This document shows positions 46,665 through 54,895 of a stretch of DNA of 64,000 nucleotides, one piece after another; position 1 is the stretch's first letter; every line of letters begins with the position of its first letter. The stretch comes from an uncultured Planctomycetia bacterium (GTDB taxonomy: Bacteria; Omnitrophota; Gorgyraeia; CAYWPX01). Location of the stretch: NCBI GenBank assembly GCA_964460615.1, contig CAYWPX010000009.1:19509-83508 (forward strand), in the 5' to 3' direction. Both the position numbers and the translations under genes were made by a program. The notes below the pieces were generated by a model. That model did not search any database and was not told the origin of the DNA. It was given only the letters and a program-made list of their open reading frames with translations.

Positions 46665-46976
46665 CTAATTCCTATTTATTTTATCTAATTCAACTCTAAT
46701 TCTAGATAAAACTAAACTTGTTACGGCGCGTATTTTCCTCAGCTCTTCTATTCTAAAAGATATAAGCGAGTTATCGTTCCAATCCTCCTTAGACAAAAGC
46801 AATCCTTGATGTGCAATTTTATTTCTATCTGGTTTGATGTTTTTTAATTCTCTTATTAAACGATCATTATTACTTAATTTCTCAAATTTAGTGATTAATT
46901 GTCCTAAAGAATCCTCTTCTATCCATTTTTGAGTACATTTAAAAGGAACTGCTCCAGAAAGCTTGTTTCTTATCAT
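46665..46976 (-). CDS. HEPN-like small protein (Rx4H motif)
   Basis: 103 aa. PDRNKIAHQG resembles the HEPN/HepT RNxxxH catalytic motif; immediately upstream of the MNT-like gene. Confidence 0.35.
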   Translation of the reverse strand: MIRNKLSGAVPFKCTQKWIEEDSLGQLITKFEKLSNNDRLIRELKNIKPDRNKIAHQGLLLSKEDWNDNSLISFRIEELRKIRAVTSLVLSRIRVELDKINRN

Positions 46977-47216
46977 CTTTATAGCAACTGTTATGTATGT
47001 TTTTAATGCAAATTCTATGAGTTAAAAATTATATAAAGTAGGAATAATTTCATCAATATATTCTTTATAATTGTTTTTTTCATTTTTCCTTATAACAATA
47101 TAACAATTAAAATTTATAAGAACTGTACCTATTTTTGCTTATTCTATTGTTCTATTGCTCAATTTTCAATTGCTCTACCAAAATTTGCCAAAAACAAATT
47201 CTGGTTGCCCGGTAAG

Positions 47217-47256
47217 CCTGCCTGCCGGCAGGCAGGCCTGCCTGCCGGCAGGCAGG
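47217..47256. repeat. two tandem copies of the perfect 20-bp palindrome CCTGCCTGCCGGCAGGCAGG, inserted inside a duplicated copy of the tRNA-Gln 3' end
   Basis: tggttgcccggtaag|PAL|PAL|gattcgg versus the genuine tRNA 3' end tggttgcccggtaaggattcg at 47392-47412. Confidence 0.9.
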
Positions 47257-47391
47257 GATTCGGCGCCCTTCGTACGGCTTCGCTTACGCTACGCCAGTTA
47301 CTACGGGTCGGCCACCCGCCTCATCTACATATTCTCCTTTTCGTCGAATATATGAGGCTCCCTTCGAATCCTTACTTGTAGTTAATAATTT

Positions 47392-47465
47392 TGGTTGCCC
47401 GGTAAGGATTCGAACCTTAACGCTCAGACCCAAATTCTGATGTGCTACCATTACACTACCGGGCA
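47392..47465 (-). tRNA. tRNA-Gln (anticodon TTG), encoded CCA
   Basis: rc reads TGCCCGGTAGTGTAATGGTAGCACATCAGAATTTGGGTCTGAGCGTTAAGGTTCGAATCCTTACCGGGCAACCA. Anticodon stem TCAGA/TCTGA, loop ATTTGGG. Confidence 0.75.
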
Positions 47466-47585
47466 ATAAAGTTTTTTGAATGAGCTTATCTTATTAAGTC
47501 ATGCGATCATGATGATCCATAAAAGATCTGGTTCACCGCACTACCGGGCAATGTCAAGGTTCCTTCACACCAATAATACTATTTC

Positions 47586-47632
47586 AAAAAAAGACATTTT
47601 AGGCAGTACCATGTATCTGATACTGCCTAAAA
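47586..47632 (-). terminator. rho-independent terminator downstream of spoVG
   Basis: 12-bp perfect stem ttttaggcagta/tactgcctaaaa, T-tract 4 nt after the hairpin on the minus strand. Confidence 0.55.
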
Positions 47633-47670
47633 TTTAATTGCTTTTATATTAAAGCTTATAACTTAAAATG

Positions 47671-48135
47671 TTAAAGCTCTATATCGCCTTCTGTATCCAT
47701 CCCATGGTCAACGCTGATAGGCTTATTGCCGATACTAGATTCGCTTTTAGGCTCCTTTTTCTCCTGTTCATATGCATCCAAAACCTTCTTCTGGATGTAT
47801 TCCCTGCATTCAAGAGTAATAGGATGAGCAATATCTTTATGTTCGGACTGTCTGGCCGATTCATCCTGAGCGGTAATATGAGTCTTTTGCTCAATCACCG
47901 GCAGACTTGCGCCGCACTGGTTGCAGAACTTGCTGCGAACAGTATTTTTATAATTACATTTTGGGCATGGCTCTTTAACTTTCCTTGATGGCATAGCTAC
48001 AAAAAGCCCTTTATTGCCTTCGATAACTTTAATATTCCTTACGACGAAAGCATTATCGATAGTTATCGTCGCATAAGCTTTCAATTTTTTATCTGCACCG
48101 CTTTTTAAAAAAACCCTAACTTCCGTAATTTCCAT
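47671..48135 (-). CDS. spoVG: SpoVG-family protein with inserted C4 zinc-ribbon
   Basis: 154 aa. MEITEVRVF...ATITIDNAFVVRNIKVIEGNKGLFVAMPSRK ... DIAHPIT matches the SpoVG core. ~45 aa with CPKC...CNQC inserted between AMPSRK and DIAHPI. Confidence 0.75.
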   Translation of the reverse strand: MEITEVRVFLKSGADKKLKAYATITIDNAFVVRNIKVIEGNKGLFVAMPSRKVKEPCPKCNYKNTVRSKFCNQCGASLPVIEQKTHITAQDESARQSEHKDIAHPITLECREYIQKKVLDAYEQEKKEPKSESSIGNKPISVDHGMDTEGDIEL

Positions 48136-48156
48136 TTGAAAAATACTCCTTTCATT

Positions 48157-49044
48157 CTAAGATGTAACTTTAGTCTTTGCTAATATAAATCTCCAATCGT
48201 CCTGCCTCTTATAGCAAGCCTCGTATCTCTTAATAAGGCTCCTCGCCACCTCCTTGTTTTCAACAATACCAAAAATTGTGGGGCCACTTCCTGTTATCCT
48301 GGCCCCTAAGGTATTTAAAGAAAGCTCTCTAAGAGCCTCCTTAATTTTTGCATCTTCTTTAATAACAACCGATTCCAGATCGTTAAAAAGAGATTTTGCC
48401 AATAGCTTTAGGTCAAATTGTTCTAAATTACGACGTGTTATTTTAACATTGCTACTCTGGTTTGTCAAGCCTAAATTAAGCTTATTATATATATCTTTTG
48501 TAGCCTTTTTTGATGGCCTAAAAAGAAGAATTAGCCAGAATTCCTTGGTACAATTTATCTCTTCTAGCACTTCTCCTATGCCTTTAGCCAATGCATAGGG
48601 TTTGTCATATACAAAAAAAGGAACATCTGCGCCCAATTTGACTGAAATGGAGATTAATTCATCTTTATTGATACCCATTTCAAACAACTTATTGATCCCA
48701 ATTAGCGTTGCAGCCGCATCTGAGCTTCCCCCTCCTAATCCGCTAGCTAAAGGAATGTTCTTTTTTACGAATATATCAACGCCTTTATCTCTGATCCCCT
48801 TTAAATCAAAAAGCATTTTTGCGGCTTTATAGCACAAATTATCTGATATCTCTAAATTATTAAGAGCTTGATCGTTTGAATTAACGGTTATTAATCTATC
48901 ATTTCTAATTTTTAAGGAAATTTCATCGGAAAGGTCAAGTTTGGCAAAAATTGTCTCAATTTCATGATATGAATCGGGCCTTTTGCCTATTACTTTCAGG
49001 CAAAGATTGATTTTGGCGGGAGCGAGTAAGGTAATGCTTTCCAT
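48157..49044 (-). CDS. ispE: 4-diphosphocytidyl-2-C-methyl-D-erythritol kinase
   Basis: 295 aa. PAKINL and PLASGLGGGSSDAAA GHMP-kinase motifs. Confidence 0.9.
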   Translation of the reverse strand: MESITLLAPAKINLCLKVIGKRPDSYHEIETIFAKLDLSDEISLKIRNDRLITVNSNDQALNNLEISDNLCYKAAKMLFDLKGIRDKGVDIFVKKNIPLASGLGGGSSDAAATLIGINKLFEMGINKDELISISVKLGADVPFFVYDKPYALAKGIGEVLEEINCTKEFWLILLFRPSKKATKDIYNKLNLGLTNQSSNVKITRRNLEQFDLKLLAKSLFNDLESVVIKEDAKIKEALRELSLNTLGARITGSGPTIFGIVENKEVARSLIKRYEACYKRQDDWRFILAKTKVTS

Positions 49045-49146
49045 AGTATGAATTAATTTCTTATAGCTTCAGGCTGCGAGCTTCAGGCCGCATACAAAAA
49101 TCATATCCTTAAGGATTTTAGGCTTGAAGCTAGTGGCTTGGAGCCT

Positions 49147-50103
49147 CTAAGTCTTTTTTTCCTTGCCCTTAGTGAGGGCAACCAGTTCTTTGGCTTTATT
49201 GACAATATTTTCTTCAGTGAGATTAAATACCTTGAAAAGTTCTTCAAGTTCTCCGGATTCCCCGCACCTATCTTTGATCCCGATAAATGTCATTGGCACC
49301 GGATAGTTCTGTGATACAACTTCGCTCACGGCACTTCCTAGCCCCCCGTAAACCGTATGCTCTTCACATGTCAAAATGCATCCGGTTTTCTTGGCAGATT
49401 CTAAAATCAATTTTTCATCGAGAGGACGTAGCGTATGAATATTAATGACCCTTGCTTCAATGCCGGACTTAAGAAGCTCTTCTCTGGCCTTAAGCGCATA
49501 GTAACACATATTCCCGCAACTCGTTATCGTAATATCCTTGCCATCAGCAAGTATCGTACCTTTGCCGATCTCAAAATCGTCTTCTTCTTTAGTGATAACA
49601 GGGACATTTGACCTTCCCAGCCTTATATAGACAGGGCCCGGAAATTCCGCCGCTTTAATAGTTGCTTTCTTTGCTTCGATAAAATCGCACGGAACGATCA
49701 TCGTCATATGCGGAAGCGCTCTCATAAGCGCTATCTCTTCTATCGCCTGATGCGTATATCCATCAGGGCCTGTAGCAATGCCGCCATGCGTCCCGATAAT
49801 CTTTACATTTAACTTCATATAAGAAATAGATACTCTTATCTGATCCCAAGCGCGGCCGCTGGCAAAAACGCCAAAAGTGGCAGCAAAGGGAATTTTCCCG
49901 CAAAGAGCCATTCCGGCTGCCGTAGAGAACATATCTTGTTCGGCGACGCCCATCCCGAAAAACCTGTCAGGAAATTCTTTCTGAAACCATGATGCTCTGG
50001 TCGAATCTGTCAAGTCGGCGCACAGCACAACTACGTCTTTATTTTTCTTTGCCGCTTCTATAACTCCTTTTCCAAATCCATCTCTAGTAGGGATCATTTC
50101 CAT
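49147..50103 (-). CDS. tkt: transketolase, C-terminal (pyrimidine-binding) subunit
   Basis: 318 aa; split transketolase. Confidence 0.9.
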   Translation of the reverse strand: MEMIPTRDGFGKGVIEAAKKNKDVVVLCADLTDSTRASWFQKEFPDRFFGMGVAEQDMFSTAAGMALCGKIPFAATFGVFASGRAWDQIRVSISYMKLNVKIIGTHGGIATGPDGYTHQAIEEIALMRALPHMTMIVPCDFIEAKKATIKAAEFPGPVYIRLGRSNVPVITKEEDDFEIGKGTILADGKDITITSCGNMCYYALKAREELLKSGIEARVINIHTLRPLDEKLILESAKKTGCILTCEEHTVYGGLGSAVSEVVSQNYPVPMTFIGIKDRCGESGELEELFKVFNLTEENIVNKAKELVALTKGKEKKT

Positions 50104-50215
50104 GTTATATCCTTTAAATTATGTCTCAAGTCACAGGTCTGCCTGCAAAGCAGGCGATGTCACAGGTTAAATAATCATATAATAACCTGAGACATGCGAC
50201 TTGCAACATGAAACA

Positions 50216-51052
50216 TTACAATTTTTTCTCAGCTTCTTCCAATTCCTTTAAAGCCTTTTCCAATTCATCTTTCTTTGGCGCAATACCGTGCCATTCGGCT
50301 TTGTTTTCAACAAATGATACGCCTTTACCTTTTACAGTATGAGCGATTATTACTGTGGGCTTTCCTTTGATCTCGTCAGCCTTATCCAAAGCAATCATAA
50401 GATCTTTGACGTTATGTCCATCGACTTCGATAGTATGCCATCCGAAAGCCTTCCATTTTTCAGTCATAGAAGTCATATCCTTCACATCGCAGCAAAACCC
50501 GTCTATCTGAAGCCTGTTAAAATCTATGATCCCGCATACATTATCAAGCTTGTAATGACTGGATGTCATAGCAGCTTCCCAGATCTGGCCTTCATTGGTT
50601 TCACCGTCGCCCATAAGGCAATAAACTTTATATTTCAATTTATCAAGCCTGGCTGCAAAAGCCATGCCATTAGCCAGCGATAGACCCTGACCAAGTGATC
50701 CGGTAGATGCTTCAATACCCGGCAGGCCGATATATGGGTGGCCCTGAAGCCTTGAGCCTATCTTTCGAAGCGTTGAAAGCTCCTCTTTTGGAAAAAACCT
50801 TAAGCTAGAAAGCACCGCATAAAGCGCCGGACAGGCATGACCTTTAGATAAAACAAATCTATCCCTGTCGGTCATTTTTGGATTTTTCGGGTCCACGTTC
50901 ATCTTGTAATAATAAAGTGCTATCAATATCTCCACTATAGAAAGCGACCCGCCGGTATGCCCGCTTTTTGCTAAAAATAACATATTAAGGATATCTTTTC
51001 TTATTGAAAAAGCTAAACGCTCAAGATCTTTTATATCAACATTTTTTTTCAT
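50216..51052 (-). CDS. tkt: transketolase, N-terminal (TPP-binding) subunit
   Basis: 278 aa. GHTGGSLS and GDGETNEG TPP-binding motifs. Confidence 0.9.
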   Translation of the reverse strand: MKKNVDIKDLERLAFSIRKDILNMLFLAKSGHTGGSLSIVEILIALYYYKMNVDPKNPKMTDRDRFVLSKGHACPALYAVLSSLRFFPKEELSTLRKIGSRLQGHPYIGLPGIEASTGSLGQGLSLANGMAFAARLDKLKYKVYCLMGDGETNEGQIWEAAMTSSHYKLDNVCGIIDFNRLQIDGFCCDVKDMTSMTEKWKAFGWHTIEVDGHNVKDLMIALDKADEIKGKPTVIIAHTVKGKGVSFVENKAEWHGIAPKKDELEKALKELEEAEKKL

Positions 51053-51068
51053 AAAATATTTTCTTTTT

Positions 51069-52739
51069 TTAAGGCTTTTGGCCTAAAGATTGAAGTTTTT
51101 CCTTAACTTTCAAATTGGTTGGGTCCAGTTTCAAAGACTTTTCCCAGCACTCTTTTGCTTTTATCGGATCACCCTTTTTTAAATATATATCCCCCAGATG
51201 CTCCATTATAACCGGATCATCCATGATTTTTGACGCCTTATCTATTTCAACAAATGCGTCGTCGATCTTATCCATTTTATAATACACCCACCCCAATGAA
51301 TCCAGGTATGCAGCGTTTTGAGGGTCTAGTTGTAATGCCTTCATAATAAATTTAAGAGCTTCGTCCAGATTTTTCCCTTCTTCAGCCCATGCATATCCCA
51401 GATAATTATATGCATCTGCAAAACTCGGGTCAAGTTCAATTACCTTTTTAAAAGTTTGCTCAGATTCTGTTTTCCTATTTAATTTGTCCAACGAAACAGC
51501 TATAAAAAAATATATCCTTGGATCCTCAGGATATTTAAGTTTGCCTTTATTGTATGTATCAAGAGCTGTTTTATCATCTTTAAGGGACGAATAACAATAA
51601 CCCAGCGATAGATATAACGAAGGGTCTTCTAGGCCGTTATTAAGAGCCTGGTTCAATTCCTTTATAGCACCTAGATAATTCTTTTCTTTAATGTATACTT
51701 GAGCAACTCCCACATACCCATTTACAGCCTTTGGATCTAATTTTAGGATAAGTTCGAATGATTTTAAGGCTTCATCTAATCTATCGGTATCATAGTAGAC
51801 CTGGCCCAGCTTTTCATGTATCTTATAATTCAAAGGGTCCATCTCAATAGCCTTTTCGTAAAACTTAATAGCACCCTCCGGATTTTTTTTAGTCTCCTCA
51901 AGAATCCCAAGCGCCAGGTATGCCTCAACATAAGAAGGATCCAGCTTTATAGCTTCATTAAAATATTTGGAAGCTAATTCTATGTTATTAATTTTAGTGT
52001 AAAGGATCCCGAGATTAAACCTTATATCAGCAGAATTGGCATCGAGATCAAGAAGCTTTTCAAAGATCAAAACAGCTTCGCTGTTCTTGTTTTGCACAAC
52101 ATATAAATCAGCAAGAGATCCGAGTGCATCCTTATCGTCAGGATGTTTCTTCAGGACCTCTTTGTATATCTTTACCGCTTCATCGTACTTTTTTTCAGTC
52201 AGATAAGTAAGGGCAATAAGAAAGTCTATTTTTGTATCTTCCGGAGAGATCTTCTTAGCCAGGCCAAACTCTTCGATAGCCTTATCAAACTCCCCTAAAA
52301 CAAGATAGGCTGTCCCTACTTTTGTATGAGGCCTGGGACTCTCGGGATCAAAAAATGAAGCCTTGTAAAATTCACCGACTGCGCTTTTATAATCTCCGGC
52401 ATTTTCATAAAAATTACCCATCAGATAATGACTAATCGCTTTTGAGAGAGTCCTGTCCTTTTGAGTAAAAATATCGGAATCTGACAGATATAATTCTTTG
52501 ATCTGAAGCAGCTCTTCGCTTTTTCTTTGGGCAGGCTTTATAATAAAATCATCTATGGCTTTAGTTACACTCTGACCCGAGGCAGATATTTTGTCAAATA
52601 TCCCCCTAAAAGTACCCGCCAAAGGCATATTTGCCTTTGGCGGAGCTTTTGAAACTATTGCCTTTGCAAGAACACCTGCTAAAATCAATAGCAGGAATAT
52701 CACTGCAATGACTATTGTTTTCTTATTCTTTAACTTCAC
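51069..52739 (-). CDS. TPR-repeat protein with N-terminal TM anchor
   Basis: 556 aa; >10 tetratricopeptide repeats. Confidence 0.8.
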   Translation of the reverse strand: MKLKNKKTIVIAVIFLLLILAGVLAKAIVSKAPPKANMPLAGTFRGIFDKISASGQSVTKAIDDFIIKPAQRKSEELLQIKELYLSDSDIFTQKDRTLSKAISHYLMGNFYENAGDYKSAVGEFYKASFFDPESPRPHTKVGTAYLVLGEFDKAIEEFGLAKKISPEDTKIDFLIALTYLTEKKYDEAVKIYKEVLKKHPDDKDALGSLADLYVVQNKNSEAVLIFEKLLDLDANSADIRFNLGILYTKINNIELASKYFNEAIKLDPSYVEAYLALGILEETKKNPEGAIKFYEKAIEMDPLNYKIHEKLGQVYYDTDRLDEALKSFELILKLDPKAVNGYVGVAQVYIKEKNYLGAIKELNQALNNGLEDPSLYLSLGYCYSSLKDDKTALDTYNKGKLKYPEDPRIYFFIAVSLDKLNRKTESEQTFKKVIELDPSFADAYNYLGYAWAEEGKNLDEALKFIMKALQLDPQNAAYLDSLGWVYYKMDKIDDAFVEIDKASKIMDDPVIMEHLGDIYLKKGDPIKAKECWEKSLKLDPTNLKVKEKLQSLGQKP

Positions 52740-52922
52740 TACTAACCACCTAAAAGCTGTAGATTTTCTTAAAAAATCACTATCTTTCTCTCTTTTTATG
52801 TCTATCTCTTCTCAATCTTTTTTTTCTTTTATGCTTAGCCATTTTTTTGCGTTTTCTTTTTCTTCCGCAAGGCATGCTGTACCCCTTTCTATTTAGCTCT
52901 TGGCTCATAGTTACCTATGAGC

Positions 52923-52942
52923 CCTGCCTGCCGGCAGGCAGG
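52923..52942. repeat. 20-bp perfect palindrome CCTGCCTGCCGGCAGGCAGG flanked by TATGAGC direct repeats; adjacent hairpin ggctcatag-ttac-ctatgagcc
   Basis: Identical to the copies at 47217, 47237 and 60007. Confidence 0.9.
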
Positions 52943-52954
52943 TATGAGCTCGTA

Positions 52955-53827
52955 TTAATCTATAACCTTATTTAACGGATATTCTATTATCCCCTGGGCC
53001 CCGGCTTTCTTGAGACGGGGGATAAGTATCTTAACCTCTTTTTCATCGATAATAGTATCTACATCACACCACTTATCATCCGAAAGATTTGAAATGGTCG
53101 GTTTTTTCATAGCCGGCAATAAGTCAAGTACATCTTTGAGTTTAGATTTTTCGATATTCATTTTAAGCCCGACTTTTGATTCGGATAGAAGCGCCCCTTC
53201 AAGCAAAAGGGCAATGCTGTCAATCTTGAACTTTTTATCCGGATCTTTATACGCTTCATTATTGGCCACCAAACATGTAGATGACTCACAAACAGTTTCA
53301 ACTATCCTGAGTTTGTTTGCCCTTAGCGACCTCCCGGTCTCAGTGAGCTCTACAATAGCATCCACTAACCCCGCGCTGACCTTAACCTCGGTAGCGCCCC
53401 AGCTAAATTCAACCTCAGCCGTAACCCCGTTTTTTTTCAAGAAATCCTTTGTTACCTTTACCAATTCCGTCGCGATCATTTTCCCTTCAAGATCCTTTAC
53501 GAATTTGATGTCGGAGCTTTCGGGAACAGCTATAACCCACTTCACAGAACCAAGGCCCTGTTTAGCATAGTGAAATGTCTTCACCACCGTTACCTTGGAT
53601 CCATTCTCTTTTATCCAGTCTGCCCCGGTTAAACCGCAGTCAAGAGCCCCATGTTCAACATACCTTGACATCTCCTGAGCCCTCAAAAGAATAGGGTCGA
53701 TCTGGTCATCATCAATAGAAGGAAAATAAGACCTATCCCCGACCGATACCTTGAAACCAGCCTTTTTGAACATATTGAACGTAGCTTCCTGAAGGCTGCC
53801 CTTTGGAAGCCCTAATTTTAATTTCAT
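52955..53827 (-). CDS. hisG: ATP phosphoribosyltransferase (long form with C-terminal regulatory domain)
   Basis: 290 aa. [10 protein letters not shown]-terminus and HisG-long architecture. Confidence 0.8.
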   Translation of the reverse strand: MKLKLGLPKGSLQEATFNMFKKAGFKVSVGDRSYFPSIDDDQIDPILLRAQEMSRYVEHGALDCGLTGADWIKENGSKVTVVKTFHYAKQGLGSVKWVIAVPESSDIKFVKDLEGKMIATELVKVTKDFLKKNGVTAEVEFSWGATEVKVSAGLVDAIVELTETGRSLRANKLRIVETVCESSTCLVANNEAYKDPDKKFKIDSIALLLEGALLSESKVGLKMNIEKSKLKDVLDLLPAMKKPTISNLSDDKWCDVDTIIDEKEVKILIPRLKKAGAQGIIEYPLNKVID

Positions 53828-54025
53828 ACTTTATCCTTTTCACATTAAATTATTAAGTAATGCACTAAATTTTAACTCATTTACCCCTACATTGTCAAGG
53901 CAATTATTAAGGCAAAGTAGCTACAAATTATAAAAATCGATAACAACTTTTGTTTATACATAAAAGAAAATAAGAGCATTATAAGATGAAAAATCTTACT
54001 GCCCATTTTACGGTTTGACAATAGG

Positions 54026-54054
54026 CCTATTTAGTGATATAAAATATAAGGAGG
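54026..54054 (+). promoter_or_regulatory. sigma70-type promoter for rubrerythrin (TTGACA-17-TATAAA)
   Basis: TTGACA at 54026-54031, TATAAA at 54049-54054, ~50 nt upstream of the ATG. Nearby inverted repeat TAAGAT-N5-ATCTTA (53992-54008). Confidence 0.5.
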
Positions 54055-54105
54055 TACTCCTAAACATAAGGTCATCTATTAGCAAGCAAACTATGGGAGA
54101 AATTT

Positions 54106-54750
54106 ATGACTATAAAGAATAACTTTTTGGTAATTTGCGCTGTTTTATTCATGTCTTTATTTCTGATCACCGGAATTTCAGCGGCTCTTAACACAGATGA
54201 GACCACAGAACGATCAGTAACCACTTTGGACAACCTATTGACAGCTTATAACGGCGAAAGCAACGCCCAGCAAAAATATCTTGATTTTGCCAAAAAGGCC
54301 GATGAAGAAGGTTATGGAAAGATTGCCAGCCTCTTTAGAGCGGCAGCACAAGCCGAGCAGGTCCACTTAGAGCGCCACGCCAAAATAATAAAAAAACTGG
54401 GCGGCACGCCAGTTGCCGTAATAGCCCCAACTGAGGTCAGATCAACAAAAGAAAATCTTGAAAACGCGTTTGATGGCGAGACTTACGAAAACACAAAAAT
54501 GTATCCGGAATTTCTTTCCCAAGCAAAAATCGAAAAAGTAACTGATGCTATAGATGCTTTTGAAGATGCCGCGGCTTCTGAGAAAGTCCATGCTCAGCTT
54601 TATGCAGGCGCCCTAAAAGAAATGGGCAGCTGGAAAACAAAAACCGATTTTTATGTATGCCCGGTATGCGGAAATGTTGTTGAAAAGCTTCCAGGCCAAT
54701 TCTGCCCGATATGCATGGCAGAGACATATAAGTTTGTTACTGTAAATTGA
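54106..54750 (+). CDS. rbr: rubrerythrin (ferritin-like diiron domain + C-terminal rubredoxin-like CxxC...CxxC) with N-terminal signal-peptide-like segment
   Basis: 214 aa. E...EXXH diiron ligand pattern; CPVCGNV...CPICMAE. Confidence 0.8.
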   Translation: MTIKNNFLVICAVLFMSLFLITGISAALNTDETTERSVTTLDNLLTAYNGESNAQQKYLDFAKKADEEGYGKIASLFRAAAQAEQVHLERHAKIIKKLGGTPVAVIAPTEVRSTKENLENAFDGETYENTKMYPEFLSQAKIEKVTDAIDAFEDAAASEKVHAQLYAGALKEMGSWKTKTDFYVCPVCGNVVEKLPGQFCPICMAETYKFVTVN

Positions 54751-54773
54751 TCTAATAAAAAATATTTTACATA

Positions 54774-54810
54774 AGAAATGGGCGTTAAATTCACGCCCAT
54801 TTCTTATTTT
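54774..54810 (+). terminator. rho-independent terminator after rubrerythrin
   Basis: gaaatgggcgt-taaattc-acgcccatttc followed by ttatttt. Confidence 0.7.
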
Positions 54811-54895
54811 ATAAGCTTTCATAAACAGTTTGAAAAATAATCCTTAATATACTATAATAAACCGAACCTAAACTTATTTTATAAGGAGTTATGGC

